This document shows positions 1 to 7,318 of a stretch of DNA of 11,611 nt, in pieces (positions within the stretch are counted from its first letter, which is position 1; every line of letters starts with the position of its first letter). The translations under genes were made by a program, and so were the position numbers. Below the pieces are notes generated by a model. It made no database searches. It was not told the DNA's origin and worked only from the letters and a program-made list of their open reading frames with translations. Origin of the DNA: Verrucomicrobiota bacterium (lineage in GTDB: Bacteria; Verrucomicrobiota; Verrucomicrobiia; Limisphaerales; CANJXF01); the NCBI GenBank assembly GCA_038214755.1, contig JBBQRQ010000126.1:1-11611 (forward strand), read 5' to 3'.

Positions 1-47
1 AAGTGAGTTCTTCCCGTTTTCCCGTTTTCCCACTTTCTCACTTTCTC
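1..47. repeat. Octamer tandem array inside bioA (TTCTTCCC, GTTTTCCC x2, ACTTTCTC x2), probably one arm of an inverted pair
   Basis: Units at 8-47. AAGTGAG (1-7) is the reverse complement of CTCACTT (37-43). Translates as VGESEKVGKRENGKNSL directly after DEVMTGFGRTG. Confidence 0.75.
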
Positions 48-948
48 CCACACCCGTCCTACCAAACCCCGTCATCACTTCATCTGCGATCAATTGCGCG
101 CCGTCGTTGCGCACAATTTCCGCGACGCGTTTCAACCAACCTTCCGGCTGCGCCATCATTCCGGCCGCGCCTTGCATCAGCGGCTCGACGATCATGGCGG
201 CGTAGGGATTTTTTGTTTTGCGTTGCGTGGAAAATTTTTGCTCAACCAATTTCAAACACTCGAATTTGCATTTGCGATAATCGCGCGAATCACCGCGTTC
301 CGGCTGCGCGCGATTGTGCGGACAACGATAGCAATAGGGCGCGGCCACCTTGTCCGTCTTAAAAAGCAAAGTGGAATACGCGTTGTGAAATAAATCGATA
401 TGACCGAGGCTGGCCGCGCCGATGGTGTCCCCGTGATAAGCGCCATCGAGCGAAAGGAATTTTGGATTTTTGCTGCGGCCGGTGCGACGCGCAAATTCGT
501 AGGCGAGCTTCAATGCCACTTCCATTGCCGTCGAACCGTCGTCGGAGAAAAACACTTTGTTCAATTTTGGATTTCCGATTTTCGATTTACGGGCCGATTG
601 AACATTTCGGTCGTAAATCGTAAATTGTAAATCGTAAATGTCAGGACTGGCGGCGCGGACTAATTTGTCCGCGAGGAGTGACGCCGGTTCATTCGCGAAA
701 CCCAGCGCGGAGGAATGAGAAATTTTTTTCAACTGTTTTTCGATGGCCGAATTGATTTTCGGATGCGCGTGGCCGTGCAGATTCGTCCAGATCGAGGAAT
801 TGGCGTCGAGATATTCTTTGCCGTGAACGTCGCGAAGCGTCGCGCCTTTTCCAGAGGTAATGACGATTGGCTCCCGCTTCAGCCAGTCACGCATCTGGGT
901 GAACGGATGCCAAACGTATTGATGGTCGAGTTGCGCGAGAGCGTGCAT
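1..948 (-). CDS. bioA: Adenosylmethionine-8-amino-7-oxononanoate aminotransferase (DAPA synthase), 5' part; continues off the left edge
   Basis: Manual translation from ATG at 948: MHALAQLDHQYVWHPFTQM...YLDANSSIWTNLHGH...VFFSDDGSTAMEVALKLA...AYHGDTIGA...IVEPLMQGAAGM...LIADEVMTGFGRTG. These are class-III PLP aminotransferase/BioA motifs. No stop to position 1; lies directly downstream of bioF. Confidence 0.95.
   Translation of the reverse strand, partial: MHALAQLDHQYVWHPFTQMRDWLKREPIVITSGKGATLRDVHGKEYLDANSSIWTNLHGHAHPKINSAIEKQLKKISHSSALGFANEPASLLADKLVRAASPDIYDLQFTIYDRNVQSARKSKIGNPKLNKVFFSDDGSTAMEVALKLAYEFARRTGRSKNPKFLSLDGAYHGDTIGAASLGHIDLFHNAYSTLLFKTDKVAAPYCYRCPHNRAQPERGDSRDYRKCKFECLKLVEQKFSTQRKTKNPYAAMIVEPLMQGAAGMMAQPEGWLKRVAEIVRNDGAQLIADEVMTGFGRTGVGESEKVGKRENGKNSL
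564..639. repeat. Inverted pair of heptamer arrays (4x ATTTACG-like / 4x CGTAAAT-like) in frame within bioA
   Basis: ATTTTGG ATTTCCG ATTTTCG ATTTACG (564-591), 20-nt spacer with a CCGA/TCGG mini-stem, then CGTAAAT CGTAAAT TGTAAAT CGTAAAT (612-639). Confidence 0.9.
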
Positions 949-952
949 CGGG

Positions 953-980
953 AATTACGATTTAGGATTTACGATTTACG
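953..980. repeat. Heptamer array (ATTTACG-like x4) overlapping the bioF stop codon
   Basis: AATTACG ATTTAGG ATTTACG ATTTACG; encodes the last bioF residues (VNRKS) and the TAA stop at 964-962. Confidence 0.85.
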
Positions 981-2176
981 AGATTCAGTTTTTCGAGAAC
1001 GCAACAAAGTTTTTCCACGTCACTTGCCTCGTGAGCGGCGGTCAAGGTCACTCGCAATCGCGCCGCGTTTCGCGCGACGGTCGGATAACGAATGGCTGGA
1101 ACAAATATTTTTTCCCTTCGCAATTCTTCGGCGGAGCGCAACGCTTTTTCTTCATCGCCCATAATTATCGGAATGATGACTGAGAGTTTGGAAGTTTTAA
1201 TTTTTAATTTTGAATTGAGTTCGCCCACGCGTCCCCAGAGCAATGTGCGCCGCTGCTCGCCGGCGACGGATTGACAAAAACAAATGGCCGCAGTTGCAGC
1301 AGCGGCCGCAGCGGGAACTGGAGCGGTCGAAAAAATGAAAGTGCGGGCGCGATTGATCAAGTAGTCGATCAAATTGCGCGAGCCGCAAATGTATCCGCCC
1401 GATGCGCCCAGTGCTTTGCCCAAAGTTCCCATTTGAATTTCGATTTGGTCAGCGATGCCGGAATCTTCCGCAAAACCGCGCCCGTGTTTTCCAATGAGCC
1501 CAGTCGCGTGCGCCTCATCAACCATTAGCCACGCGCCGTATTTTTCTTTGAGCGCAACAATTTCTTTGAGCGGCGCGAAATCGCCGTCCATTGAGAAGAT
1601 TGATTCCGTAACTACTAAAACTCGCGAACGAGAAAAACTTTGGACTTTGGACTTTGGACTTTGGACTCGGTTCGCCGCCCATTTTAGAATTTTTTCCAAA
1701 TCATCCAAATCGTTGTGGGCAAACACGCGAAGTTTCGCGCCGCTCAGACGCGCGGCATCGACGATGGACGCGTGAACCAGTTTGTCGAGGACGATAATGT
1801 CGTCTTTGCCGAGCAGCGCGGTAATGGTCCCGACCGCCGCCGCGTAACCGGTGGAAAAAACCAGGGCGGCTTCGGTCTTCTTGAACTGCGCGAGAGTTTC
1901 CTCCAGTTCGTGATGCGGCGCGAGAGAACCACAGATGAGCCGAGACGCGCCGGAGCCTGCGCCGAATTTTTTCACGGCTTCAATCGCGGCGTCTTTGAGC
2001 AACGGATCGTTGGCGAGGCCGAGATAATCGTTGGAGGAAAAATTCAGGAACGATTTTCCATCGATCTGGATGCGGGAACTTTGCGCGGAATCGACGCGCC
2101 GCAATTCGCGAAACAGATTTTGTTCGCGAAGCGCGTCGAGTCGTTGCTTGAGTTCGATGTCAAATTCCCTCGTCAA
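962..2176 (-). CDS. bioF: 8-amino-7-oxononanoate synthase
   Basis: NFSSNDYLGL, GAGSGASRLICG, FSTGYAA, D..VHASIVD, VTESIFSMDGD, VDEAHATG, GTLGKALG (PLP lysine), AIRYPTV...RLRVT; adjacent to bioA. TTG start. Confidence 0.96.
   Translation of the reverse strand: MTREFDIELKQRLDALREQNLFRELRRVDSAQSSRIQIDGKSFLNFSSNDYLGLANDPLLKDAAIEAVKKFGAGSGASRLICGSLAPHHELEETLAQFKKTEAALVFSTGYAAAVGTITALLGKDDIIVLDKLVHASIVDAARLSGAKLRVFAHNDLDDLEKILKWAANRVQSPKSKVQSFSRSRVLVVTESIFSMDGDFAPLKEIVALKEKYGAWLMVDEAHATGLIGKHGRGFAEDSGIADQIEIQMGTLGKALGASGGYICGSRNLIDYLINRARTFIFSTAPVPAAAAAATAAICFCQSVAGEQRRTLLWGRVGELNSKLKIKTSKLSVIIPIIMGDEEKALRSAEELRREKIFVPAIRYPTVARNAARLRVTLTAAHEASDVEKLCCVLEKLNLVNRKS
1187..1214. repeat. Degenerate heptamer array (TTTTGAA-like x4) in frame within bioF
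   Basis: TTTGGAA GTTTTAA TTTTTAA TTTTGAA; translates as NSKLKIKTSKL; very AT-rich relative to the gene. Confidence 0.7.
1637..1664. repeat. Perfect heptamer array (ACTTTGG x4) in frame within bioF
   Basis: Four exact ACTTTGG units followed by ACTCGG; translates as RVQSPKSKVQS between LEKILKWA and RVLVVTES. Confidence 0.9.
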
Positions 2177-2302
2177 CCTGCCACCAAGTTTTCAGCGACG
2201 GAAAACGAAAGCAACGAGCAATTGCGCCGCGATGCGGCTGGACAAGGGAGAAATGCAGTTTTACGGTTCGAAGCAATAACTGTGATATGAGACAATTTTG
2301 TC

Positions 2303-2757
2303 GCTTAATCTACCGTTAGGCCACATTCCCGCACCATGCACCCAATGCTTGCGTTTCACTTTCTGAAAAACGACTGTTTGATTGTTCCATTTGCGACTGG
2401 CGGCGTTCTGCCGCGCTGGTCGTGGAGCCGGTCAGTGCTCGTTGCTCATTCCGAAGGTGCGAAGACCGCAGGAAAAATCGTGCGACAGGCGATGGAGGCT
2501 GCGTCAATACTTGTGCGCAGCGCGATCGACACAGCCCATTCCGAGGAGTGGCAATCTCGATATTCAGAGCACTTCAATTCACCCGTTTACGGCAGTATGG
2601 AGCTTAAGGACAAGCGATGGACGATTTACTGCGGCAATGATTGTTCGCCGCAGCTTGCGACATCGCTGCCCGCAGTTCCTTCAGACGAGGCCGCAGGTCT
2701 TGCTTTCTTTGAGCTGCGTCAGGAGTTACAGAGGCTTGCCTGAAAATGTGGGCTAAC
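2303..2757 (+). mobile_element. Solitary integron gene-cassette remnant (attC half-sites bracketing one ORF)
   Basis: Upstream: GCTTAAT (L'-like, 2303-2309), CTACC, GTTAGGC (R' core GTTRRRY, 2315-2321). Downstream, 7 nt after the stop: GGCTAAC (R''-like, one mismatch to RYYYAAC, 2751-2757). GTTAGGCCACATT (2315-2327) and AATGTGGGCTAAC (2745-2757) are 12/13 complementary. Confidence 0.65.
2336..2743 (+). CDS. Hypothetical protein, 135 aa (weak resemblance to CdiI-type immunity proteins)
   Basis: ORF exactly fills the space between the attC-like half-sites. Two similar helix-entry motifs (VAHSEGAKTAGKIV, LPAVPSDEAAGLAF). The start could be 2336 or 2345. Confidence 0.6.
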   Translation: MHPMLAFHFLKNDCLIVPFATGGVLPRWSWSRSVLVAHSEGAKTAGKIVRQAMEAASILVRSAIDTAHSEEWQSRYSEHFNSPVYGSMELKDKRWTIYCGNDCSPQLATSLPAVPSDEAAGLAFFELRQELQRLA

Positions 2758-2789
2758 CAGCGGTGAAAAAAATTTTCCGCTGATTTTTT
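2758..2789 (+). terminator. Possible intrinsic terminator
   Basis: CAGCGG...CCGCTG stem (2758-2782) with inner AAAA/TTTT, followed by ATTTTTT. Confidence 0.4.
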
Positions 2790-2869
2790 CTGGCTTCTGT
2801 CCGGTAGGTTCCTCGGTTTTCCTAAAACTGTTTTGCTCGCTCAATTCCGCCAAGCTCAGGATGTTCAAC

Positions 2870-2906
2870 ACCTAGTGGCACGGGCGAGACGCCCGTGCCA
2901 CTAGGT
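2870..2906. repeat. REP-like perfect palindrome (17-bp stem, 3-nt loop) overlapping the amidohydrolase stop codon
   Basis: ACCTAGTGGCACGGGCG-AGA-CGCCCGTGCCACTAGGT; contains the TAG stop (2903-2901). Confidence 0.9.
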
Positions 2907-4295
2907 TCCCGCATTGCTTCCCGTCCCTTGCGCAGGAACAACCCAATTTCCGTCAACCATGGAGGCAAAAACCTCGCCTTGGTGCTGAAGAACTGCCTCA
3001 TGCGCTCCGGAGATTTTGCCGGAAAAAGGCAGAGCGATTAAATCCGCGAACGCATTGGGCGTCAGTTCGCCGATTTGCTTTTGCATCCCCAAAGCGCGCG
3101 CGCCGTTGAGCGTCGCCATTTGCAAAATCTTTTCCGTCGGCACGTCGGGATTTGCTTTTGCGAAAGTTTGCATTTCGGAAAACAGGCTGAGTTCAAACGC
3201 ATGGGGAGCGCACGCGTCTCGCGTGCGGTTTTCGGCGTCGCGTCGAAAACTTCGTTCCCCTGAAATTAGCGGCGGCTCCCAATCAGACCCGGGTTTGTTC
3301 AACGAAGGTTGGGGCGCGACGCCCGAACCTGCACGCGGGACGCGTGCGCTCCTAACGCTGGCGAGGCTGTCGGTGCCGAGACAAATATTCACGCCCGCGC
3401 GGTGGAGCAATTCATACGGAAACTTTTTGTGCCGAAAATATTCGTGGCTGCGCGGACAATGGACGACGGAGCATTTTCGTTGGCCGAGCAACGCGGCATC
3501 GCTTTCGGAAATGTAGTTGGCGTGGACGGCGAGAAATTTTTCCGACAAAACGCCGAGCCGTTCGAGTTGCTGGACTGGCGAGATTCCGCAATCGGAAATA
3601 TCGCGCTGCGTTTTGAGCCAATTGAACAGTGGGCCGCGACGGTTTTCAAACATTTCGGATTCTTCGTCGGATTCCGCGACGTGCGTGCTGAGAAGCCAAT
3701 TTTTTTCGCGAGCGATCGCAGCGCTGCATTGCAAAAGTTCCGGCGAAGTGGAATAGAGAGCGTGGGGCGAAAGTCCTGCGAAACATTTTTCGTGACGGAC
3801 CGAATCGATGATTGCGACCGCTTCAGAAACTATTTCTTTGTAAAACCGGCGGCTCTTCACGCTGGTCAATTCCAGCAGGGAACAAACCCGCAACGGAGTC
3901 GCCGTCCAAACTTCCGGCAGCAATTCGGGCACAGCTTCGATGTCCGCGACAGTGGTCGTGCCGGTGCGCGCCAGCATTTTCGCGCCGTTGATCCAGGATT
4001 GCGCGTAGTCCGAATAGGACCATTGCGCTTTCAACGCTAGCATCGACTTGATCCAGTCGCTGAACGATTTTTGCGGAGAAATCATTCCCGCCATGTCGGT
4101 GTAATCGAGATGGCAATGGGCATTGATCAAACCCGGCAAAATAATCGCGTCGCCGAGATCAATGACTTCGTCGGCGAACGAAGACAAATCCGGCCAGCGT
4201 CCTATTGCAGCGATGTGTTTTCCGCGAATCAGAATCGCCCCGTTTTCAATTGGCGGCCTGACCATTGGTAAAACAATATGGGCACGAAGGAGCAT
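2901..4295 (-). CDS. Metal-dependent amidohydrolase (TRZ/ATZ/SsnA-like; aminodeoxyfutalosine-deaminase-like) with an in-frame ~50-aa palindromic insertion
   Basis: PGLINAHCHLD (HxH), SPHALYS, THVAES, VHANY, HCPRSH, LGTDSLAS, MATLNGARALG..G.L....ADL. Start moved to ATG 4295 (MLLRAHIVLPM) because the upstream extension is a translated heptamer repeat. Confidence 0.9.
   Translation of the reverse strand: MLLRAHIVLPMVRPPIENGAILIRGKHIAAIGRWPDLSSFADEVIDLGDAIILPGLINAHCHLDYTDMAGMISPQKSFSDWIKSMLALKAQWSYSDYAQSWINGAKMLARTGTTTVADIEAVPELLPEVWTATPLRVCSLLELTSVKSRRFYKEIVSEAVAIIDSVRHEKCFAGLSPHALYSTSPELLQCSAAIAREKNWLLSTHVAESDEESEMFENRRGPLFNWLKTQRDISDCGISPVQQLERLGVLSEKFLAVHANYISESDAALLGQRKCSVVHCPRSHEYFRHKKFPYELLHRAGVNICLGTDSLASVRSARVPRAGSGVAPQPSLNKPGSDWEPPLISGERSFRRDAENRTRDACAPHAFELSLFSEMQTFAKANPDVPTEKILQMATLNGARALGMQKQIGELTPNAFADLIALPFSGKISGAHEAVLQHQGEVFASMVDGNWVVPAQGTGSNAGT
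3204..3353. repeat. REP doublet (REPIN-like), 150 bp, inside the amidohydrolase ORF
   Basis: 53-bp inverted arms (3204-3256 and 3301-3353, 43/53 matching without gaps) around a 44-bp spacer; each arm holds two small hairpins. Confidence 0.88.
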
Positions 4296-4313
4296 GCGGA
4301 AAAAATTAGCGCA

Positions 4314-4432
<119 letters not shown>

Positions 4433-4456
4433 AATGGTTGAAATCCGGAAGACGAA

Positions 4457-4810
4457 TTAAAGTTCCGCTTCCTGACGGGTGCGTTTGGTGCGCGAGGCGA
4501 GCGAGTGATTTTTCGCTTTGAATTTGTTGTGACGTTTGCGGAGTTGTTGCTCGATTTTTTTTGTCACTAAATCCATTGCGGCGTAAAGATCACTTTCAGA
4601 ATCTTCGGCGAAAAGGTCGGGGCCGGGAACGGACAAACGAATCGAGCAGGTGAACTGGCGGTCCGGCGCTTTAAGCTGGTCATGTTCAAAAATTACGCGG
4701 GCATTGATCGCGTATTGGTCCATGTGTTCTAACTTTTCGATGCGGGACACGATGTGGTCTTCGATGGCTTTGGTGAGAGTTACGTTGTGCGTCGAGAGAA
4801 TCAATTTCAT
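4457..4810 (-). CDS. raiA: Ribosome hibernation promoting factor / ribosome-associated inhibitor (S30AE family, short form)
   Basis: MKLILSTHNVTLTKAIEDHIVSRIEKLE...LFAEDSESDLYAAMDLVTKKIEQQLRKRHNK, a typical HPF/RaiA pattern. Confidence 0.93.
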   Translation of the reverse strand: MKLILSTHNVTLTKAIEDHIVSRIEKLEHMDQYAINARVIFEHDQLKAPDRQFTCSIRLSVPGPDLFAEDSESDLYAAMDLVTKKIEQQLRKRHNKFKAKNHSLASRTKRTRQEAEL

Positions 4811-4908
4811 AAAGAAAAGGTGCGCCCGGCCGGGATGAAAATCCAGCGAAACTCTTTAGGGGAAAATTTCGCTCACCGGCCAATCGATCATGGACTGAAA
4901 AATTTTGG

Positions 4909-4989
4909 GGGTTGCATCTGCCTGCGGTGGGTGTGGGAGAATCTGTTCGGGAATATAGAATTCGCACCCGCCGGAGGCAGATGCTACCC
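4909..4989. repeat. REP doublet (GTAG-tagged) in the divergent raiA-lysS intergenic region
   Basis: Plus strand GTTG-CATCTGCC-TGC-GGTGGGTG (4911-4933); minus strand GTAG-CATCTGCC-TCC-GGCGGGTG (4987-4965). The whole unit can fold into a long imperfect hairpin. Confidence 0.75.
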
Positions 4990-5044
4990 GGGCCATCAAA
5001 AACTTGGACATCGCCGGGACGCCGGTGTTTTATCTCTGCCTGCC

Positions 5045-6802
5045 ATGGATGAAACGAACTCATTGATCGCACAGCGAAAAATAAAACTGGCCGCTCTCCG
5101 CGCCAAAGGCATCAACCCGTTTGCCAATAAATTTTTACCGAAAGAAAAATGCGGCGACGCGCGCGCCCACTATGTCGAAGGACGCGAAGTCGCGCTTGCT
5201 GGGCGCATCACCGCGCATCGCGAGATGGGCAAGAGCATGTTCATCGACATCAAAGATCAGAGCGGGAGGATTCAAATTTACGCGCAGAAAAATGTTTTGG
5301 GCGATGAGCAGTGGAACATTTTTACGCATCTCGATCTCGGCGATTTTATCGGCGTGAATGGCGCGATGTTCACGACGAAGACGGGCGAAATTTCCGTGAA
5401 GCTGGCGAGCTTTATTATTTTAGGAAAAGCGCTGCGACCGATGCCGGAGAAATGGCACGGCGTGGTGGATACGGAAATTCGATACCGCCAGCGGTATCTC
5501 GATTTGATGGGCAACGATGACGTGAAGGAGACATTCCTGAAACGGAGCGCGATCATTCGTGAGATTCGCAATTTTTTCCATGGGCGCGGCTATGTGGAAG
5601 TCGAGACTCCGGTACTGCAAGGCATTCCCGGCGGCGCGGCGGCGCAACCCTTCAAGACGTTTCACAACGCGCTCGGCTGCGAGTTTTATTTGCGCATCGC
5701 GCTGGAGCTTTATCACAAGCGATTGCTCGTCGGCGGCGTGGATAAAATCTTTGAAATCGGGAAAAATTTTCGCAACGAAGGTTTGTCGCGCAAACACAAT
5801 CCTGAATTCACGATGCTCGAAGCGTATGAAGCGTTTGGGGATTACGAGACGATGATGGAAACGGTGGAGTCGCTAATCTGCCAAGTGGCGGAAAAGATTT
5901 TTGGCACGTTATTTATCACTCATGCTCAAAGAACTGAAACCATTACAGCCTTAAATAATTTAGCAAAAGCAGTTTCCCATTGTGCTCATTCAATTGATCG
6001 AAATTCGGAAGAACTTGGAGCTTTTAGCAATCATATGCTTAACGAATCCATGAGACTGTATCCTCAACAGAATGAACTTTCTCATCTAAAAGCAGACGAA
6101 GGATTAAAGCTCGCCGTTGAATCAGGACGGACGCTTTCTCATCATCTTTCACTTGCCCAAAGTAAAATGACCATGAGTGAGCAAAGCGTCAAAGATGCTT
6201 TCAATAAACTTGATAACGCACGTGCAGAGTTGGAAAAATTAAAGGAACCCAAGACGATCAATCTTACCCGTCCGTGGAAACGCGCGCGCTACAAAGATTT
6301 GGTACGCGAAAGAGCCGGTGCCGATTGGTTTGAAATTTCTCCCGCCGAACGCCGCGAACGCGCACAAAAACTTGGCGTGGAAATCGGGAAGGAATACGAG
6401 GACTTCGAAGTTACCGGAGCCGTCTTTGAAAAATTGATTGAGCCGACCATAAATAATTTCAACCCCATTTTCGTCACGCATTTGCCGAAGGAACTGGTGC
6501 CGCTCGCCAAACTTTCGCCCGATGACCCGACGACTGTAGAAGTTTTCGAATGTTGCATCAACGGCGCGGAGATTGCGCCCGGTTACACCGAGCAAAACGA
6601 TCCGATTGCCCAACGCAACACCTTGGAACATCAAGCCGGCGGCGAACAACAAAAGCTCGACGAAGATTTTCTCGTCGCGCTCGAACACGGCATGCCTCCC
6701 GCCGGCGGTATCGGCATTGGCATTGATCGTTTGTGCATGATGTTGCTCGGCCAAGAAAGCATCCGCGACGTGATCTTATTTCCGCAGATGAAGCCGAAGT
6801 GA
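5045..6802 (+). CDS. lysS: Lysine--tRNA ligase (class II), 585 aa, with a ~109-aa internal insertion
   Basis: AGRI...MGK..F, LDLGDFIGV.G, KALRPMPEKWHG, RYRQRYLDL, EVETPVL, GGAAAQPF.T, YLRIALELY.KRL.VGG, FRNEG...HNPEFTMLE, ALEHGMPPAGGIGIGIDRL, IRDVILFP. ATG at 5045 (MDETNSLIAQRK) preferred over 4754. Confidence 0.97.
   Translation: MDETNSLIAQRKIKLAALRAKGINPFANKFLPKEKCGDARAHYVEGREVALAGRITAHREMGKSMFIDIKDQSGRIQIYAQKNVLGDEQWNIFTHLDLGDFIGVNGAMFTTKTGEISVKLASFIILGKALRPMPEKWHGVVDTEIRYRQRYLDLMGNDDVKETFLKRSAIIREIRNFFHGRGYVEVETPVLQGIPGGAAAQPFKTFHNALGCEFYLRIALELYHKRLLVGGVDKIFEIGKNFRNEGLSRKHNPEFTMLEAYEAFGDYETMMETVESLICQVAEKIFGTLFITHAQRTETITALNNLAKAVSHCAHSIDRNSEELGAFSNHMLNESMRLYPQQNELSHLKADEGLKLAVESGRTLSHHLSLAQSKMTMSEQSVKDAFNKLDNARAELEKLKEPKTINLTRPWKRARYKDLVRERAGADWFEISPAERRERAQKLGVEIGKEYEDFEVTGAVFEKLIEPTINNFNPIFVTHLPKELVPLAKLSPDDPTTVEVFECCINGAEIAPGYTEQNDPIAQRNTLEHQAGGEQQKLDEDFLVALEHGMPPAGGIGIGIDRLCMMLLGQESIRDVILFPQMKPK
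5924..6250 (+). other. Low-GC in-frame insertion domain within lysS (boundaries approximate)
   Basis: Hand count 125 G+C in 320 nt (~39%) for 5921-6240, versus 75/120 for 5581-5700. Lies between KIFGTLFITH and KTINLTRPW, where LysRS normally has a short hairpin. Confidence 0.85.
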
Positions 6803-6850
6803 TCAATGGAACGTCAGCCATGGACATTGTGTAAATCTCAGTGGCGACGC

Positions 6851-6879
6851 TTGTCAGAAGTTCCTCGCGCAGCTATTTT
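6851..6879 (+). promoter_or_regulatory. Putative sigma70 promoter (leaderless) for module A
   Basis: TTGTCA-17 nt-TATTTT, 6 nt before ATG 6886; conserved in the second copy at 7889-7917. Confidence 0.55.
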
Positions 6880-6885
6880 CAAACT

Positions 6886-7044
6886 ATGCAAGCGAAAGCA
6901 ATTGTTGGCGGGAAACTGGTGAGTCTAAAACTCTCTCCCGAACTTGCGCGCGCCCATCGTGCCAACGCTGGCAAAACGATGACGGACGAACAATCCATCG
7001 CCTTCGTCGAAAAGAAACGCGGCAGCTTCCAGAGCCGCAGATGA
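6886..7044 (+). pseudogene. 3'-truncated copy of the putative antitoxin at 7924-8109; no toxin follows (module A)
   Basis: 6850-7020 matches 7888-8058 at 163/171 nt. It diverges after ...VEKKR and ends at a TGA inside a lysS-tail copy. Confidence 0.75.
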
Positions 7045-7052
7045 AACTGAAA
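7035..7052 (+). repeat. Short copy of the lysS 3' end (tail copy 1)
   Basis: CCGCAGATGAAACTGAAA vs lysS 6782-6799 CCGCAGATGAAGCCGAAG (15/18; PQMKLK vs PQMKPK); sits at a module boundary. Confidence 0.65.
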
Positions 7053-7055
7053 TCG

Positions 7056-7083
7056 TTGCAAACGATTGGTGACGCGATACACT
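7056..7083 (+). promoter_or_regulatory. Putative sigma70 promoter (leaderless) for vapBC
   Basis: TTGCAA-16 nt-TACACT, 7 nt before ATG 7091; no Shine-Dalgarno. Confidence 0.5.
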
Positions 7084-7090
7084 GATTTCC

Positions 7091-7318
7091 ATGACCGCTA
7101 TCGCCATCGAGTTGGATCAGAAAATCCAAAGCCTTGATCCTGAAACCGCCGCTTCAGTCGAGCGGTTGGTGCGCGACGCTTTGCAATTGGCGGAGAAAAA
7201 GCAGGCCGTCGCTTCAGTCTGGCCGTCCGATTTCTGGCAACGAATCCGGGAAGATTGGGGTAACGAGCCATTCGAGCGTCCGCCGCAGGGAGAGTTTGAA
7301 AAACGCGAGGACTGGTAA
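7091..7318 (+). CDS. Putative VapB-type antitoxin (module B)
   Basis: 75 aa with an acidic C-terminus (WPSDFW...ERPPQGEFEKREDW); TAATG stop/start overlap with the PIN toxin gene. Confidence 0.8.
   Translation: MTAIAIELDQKIQSLDPETAASVERLVRDALQLAEKKQAVASVWPSDFWQRIREDWGNEPFERPPQGEFEKREDW

Noticed and set aside
78..88. 11-bp reverse-complement match (CGCAGATGAAG) to the lysS tail
   Set aside because: Encodes the conserved ADEV motif of BioA; coincidence.
3..2290. Plus-strand ORFs over bioA/bioF (e.g. 715-1164, 1715-2290) and similar antisense ORFs such as 3309-4040, 6239-6754, 7964-8662, 10525-10959
   Set aside because: Shadow frames opposite well-supported genes, with no recognisable motifs.
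2274..2321. Complete attC site upstream of the orphan ORF (TAAC...GACAA-TT-TTGTC...GTTA)
   Set aside because: Only 48 bp, shorter than typical attC sites, and the left boxes match poorly; only the right half is reported.
4754..5044. 97-aa N-terminal extension of lysS in the ORF track
   Set aside because: Overlaps raiA on the other strand and runs through a REP doublet; LysRS similarity starts near ATG 5045.
5924..6250. Intein or self-splicing intron in lysS
   Set aside because: No intein terminal motifs or homing-endonuclease motifs and no recognisable group I/II ends; the frame is simply open.
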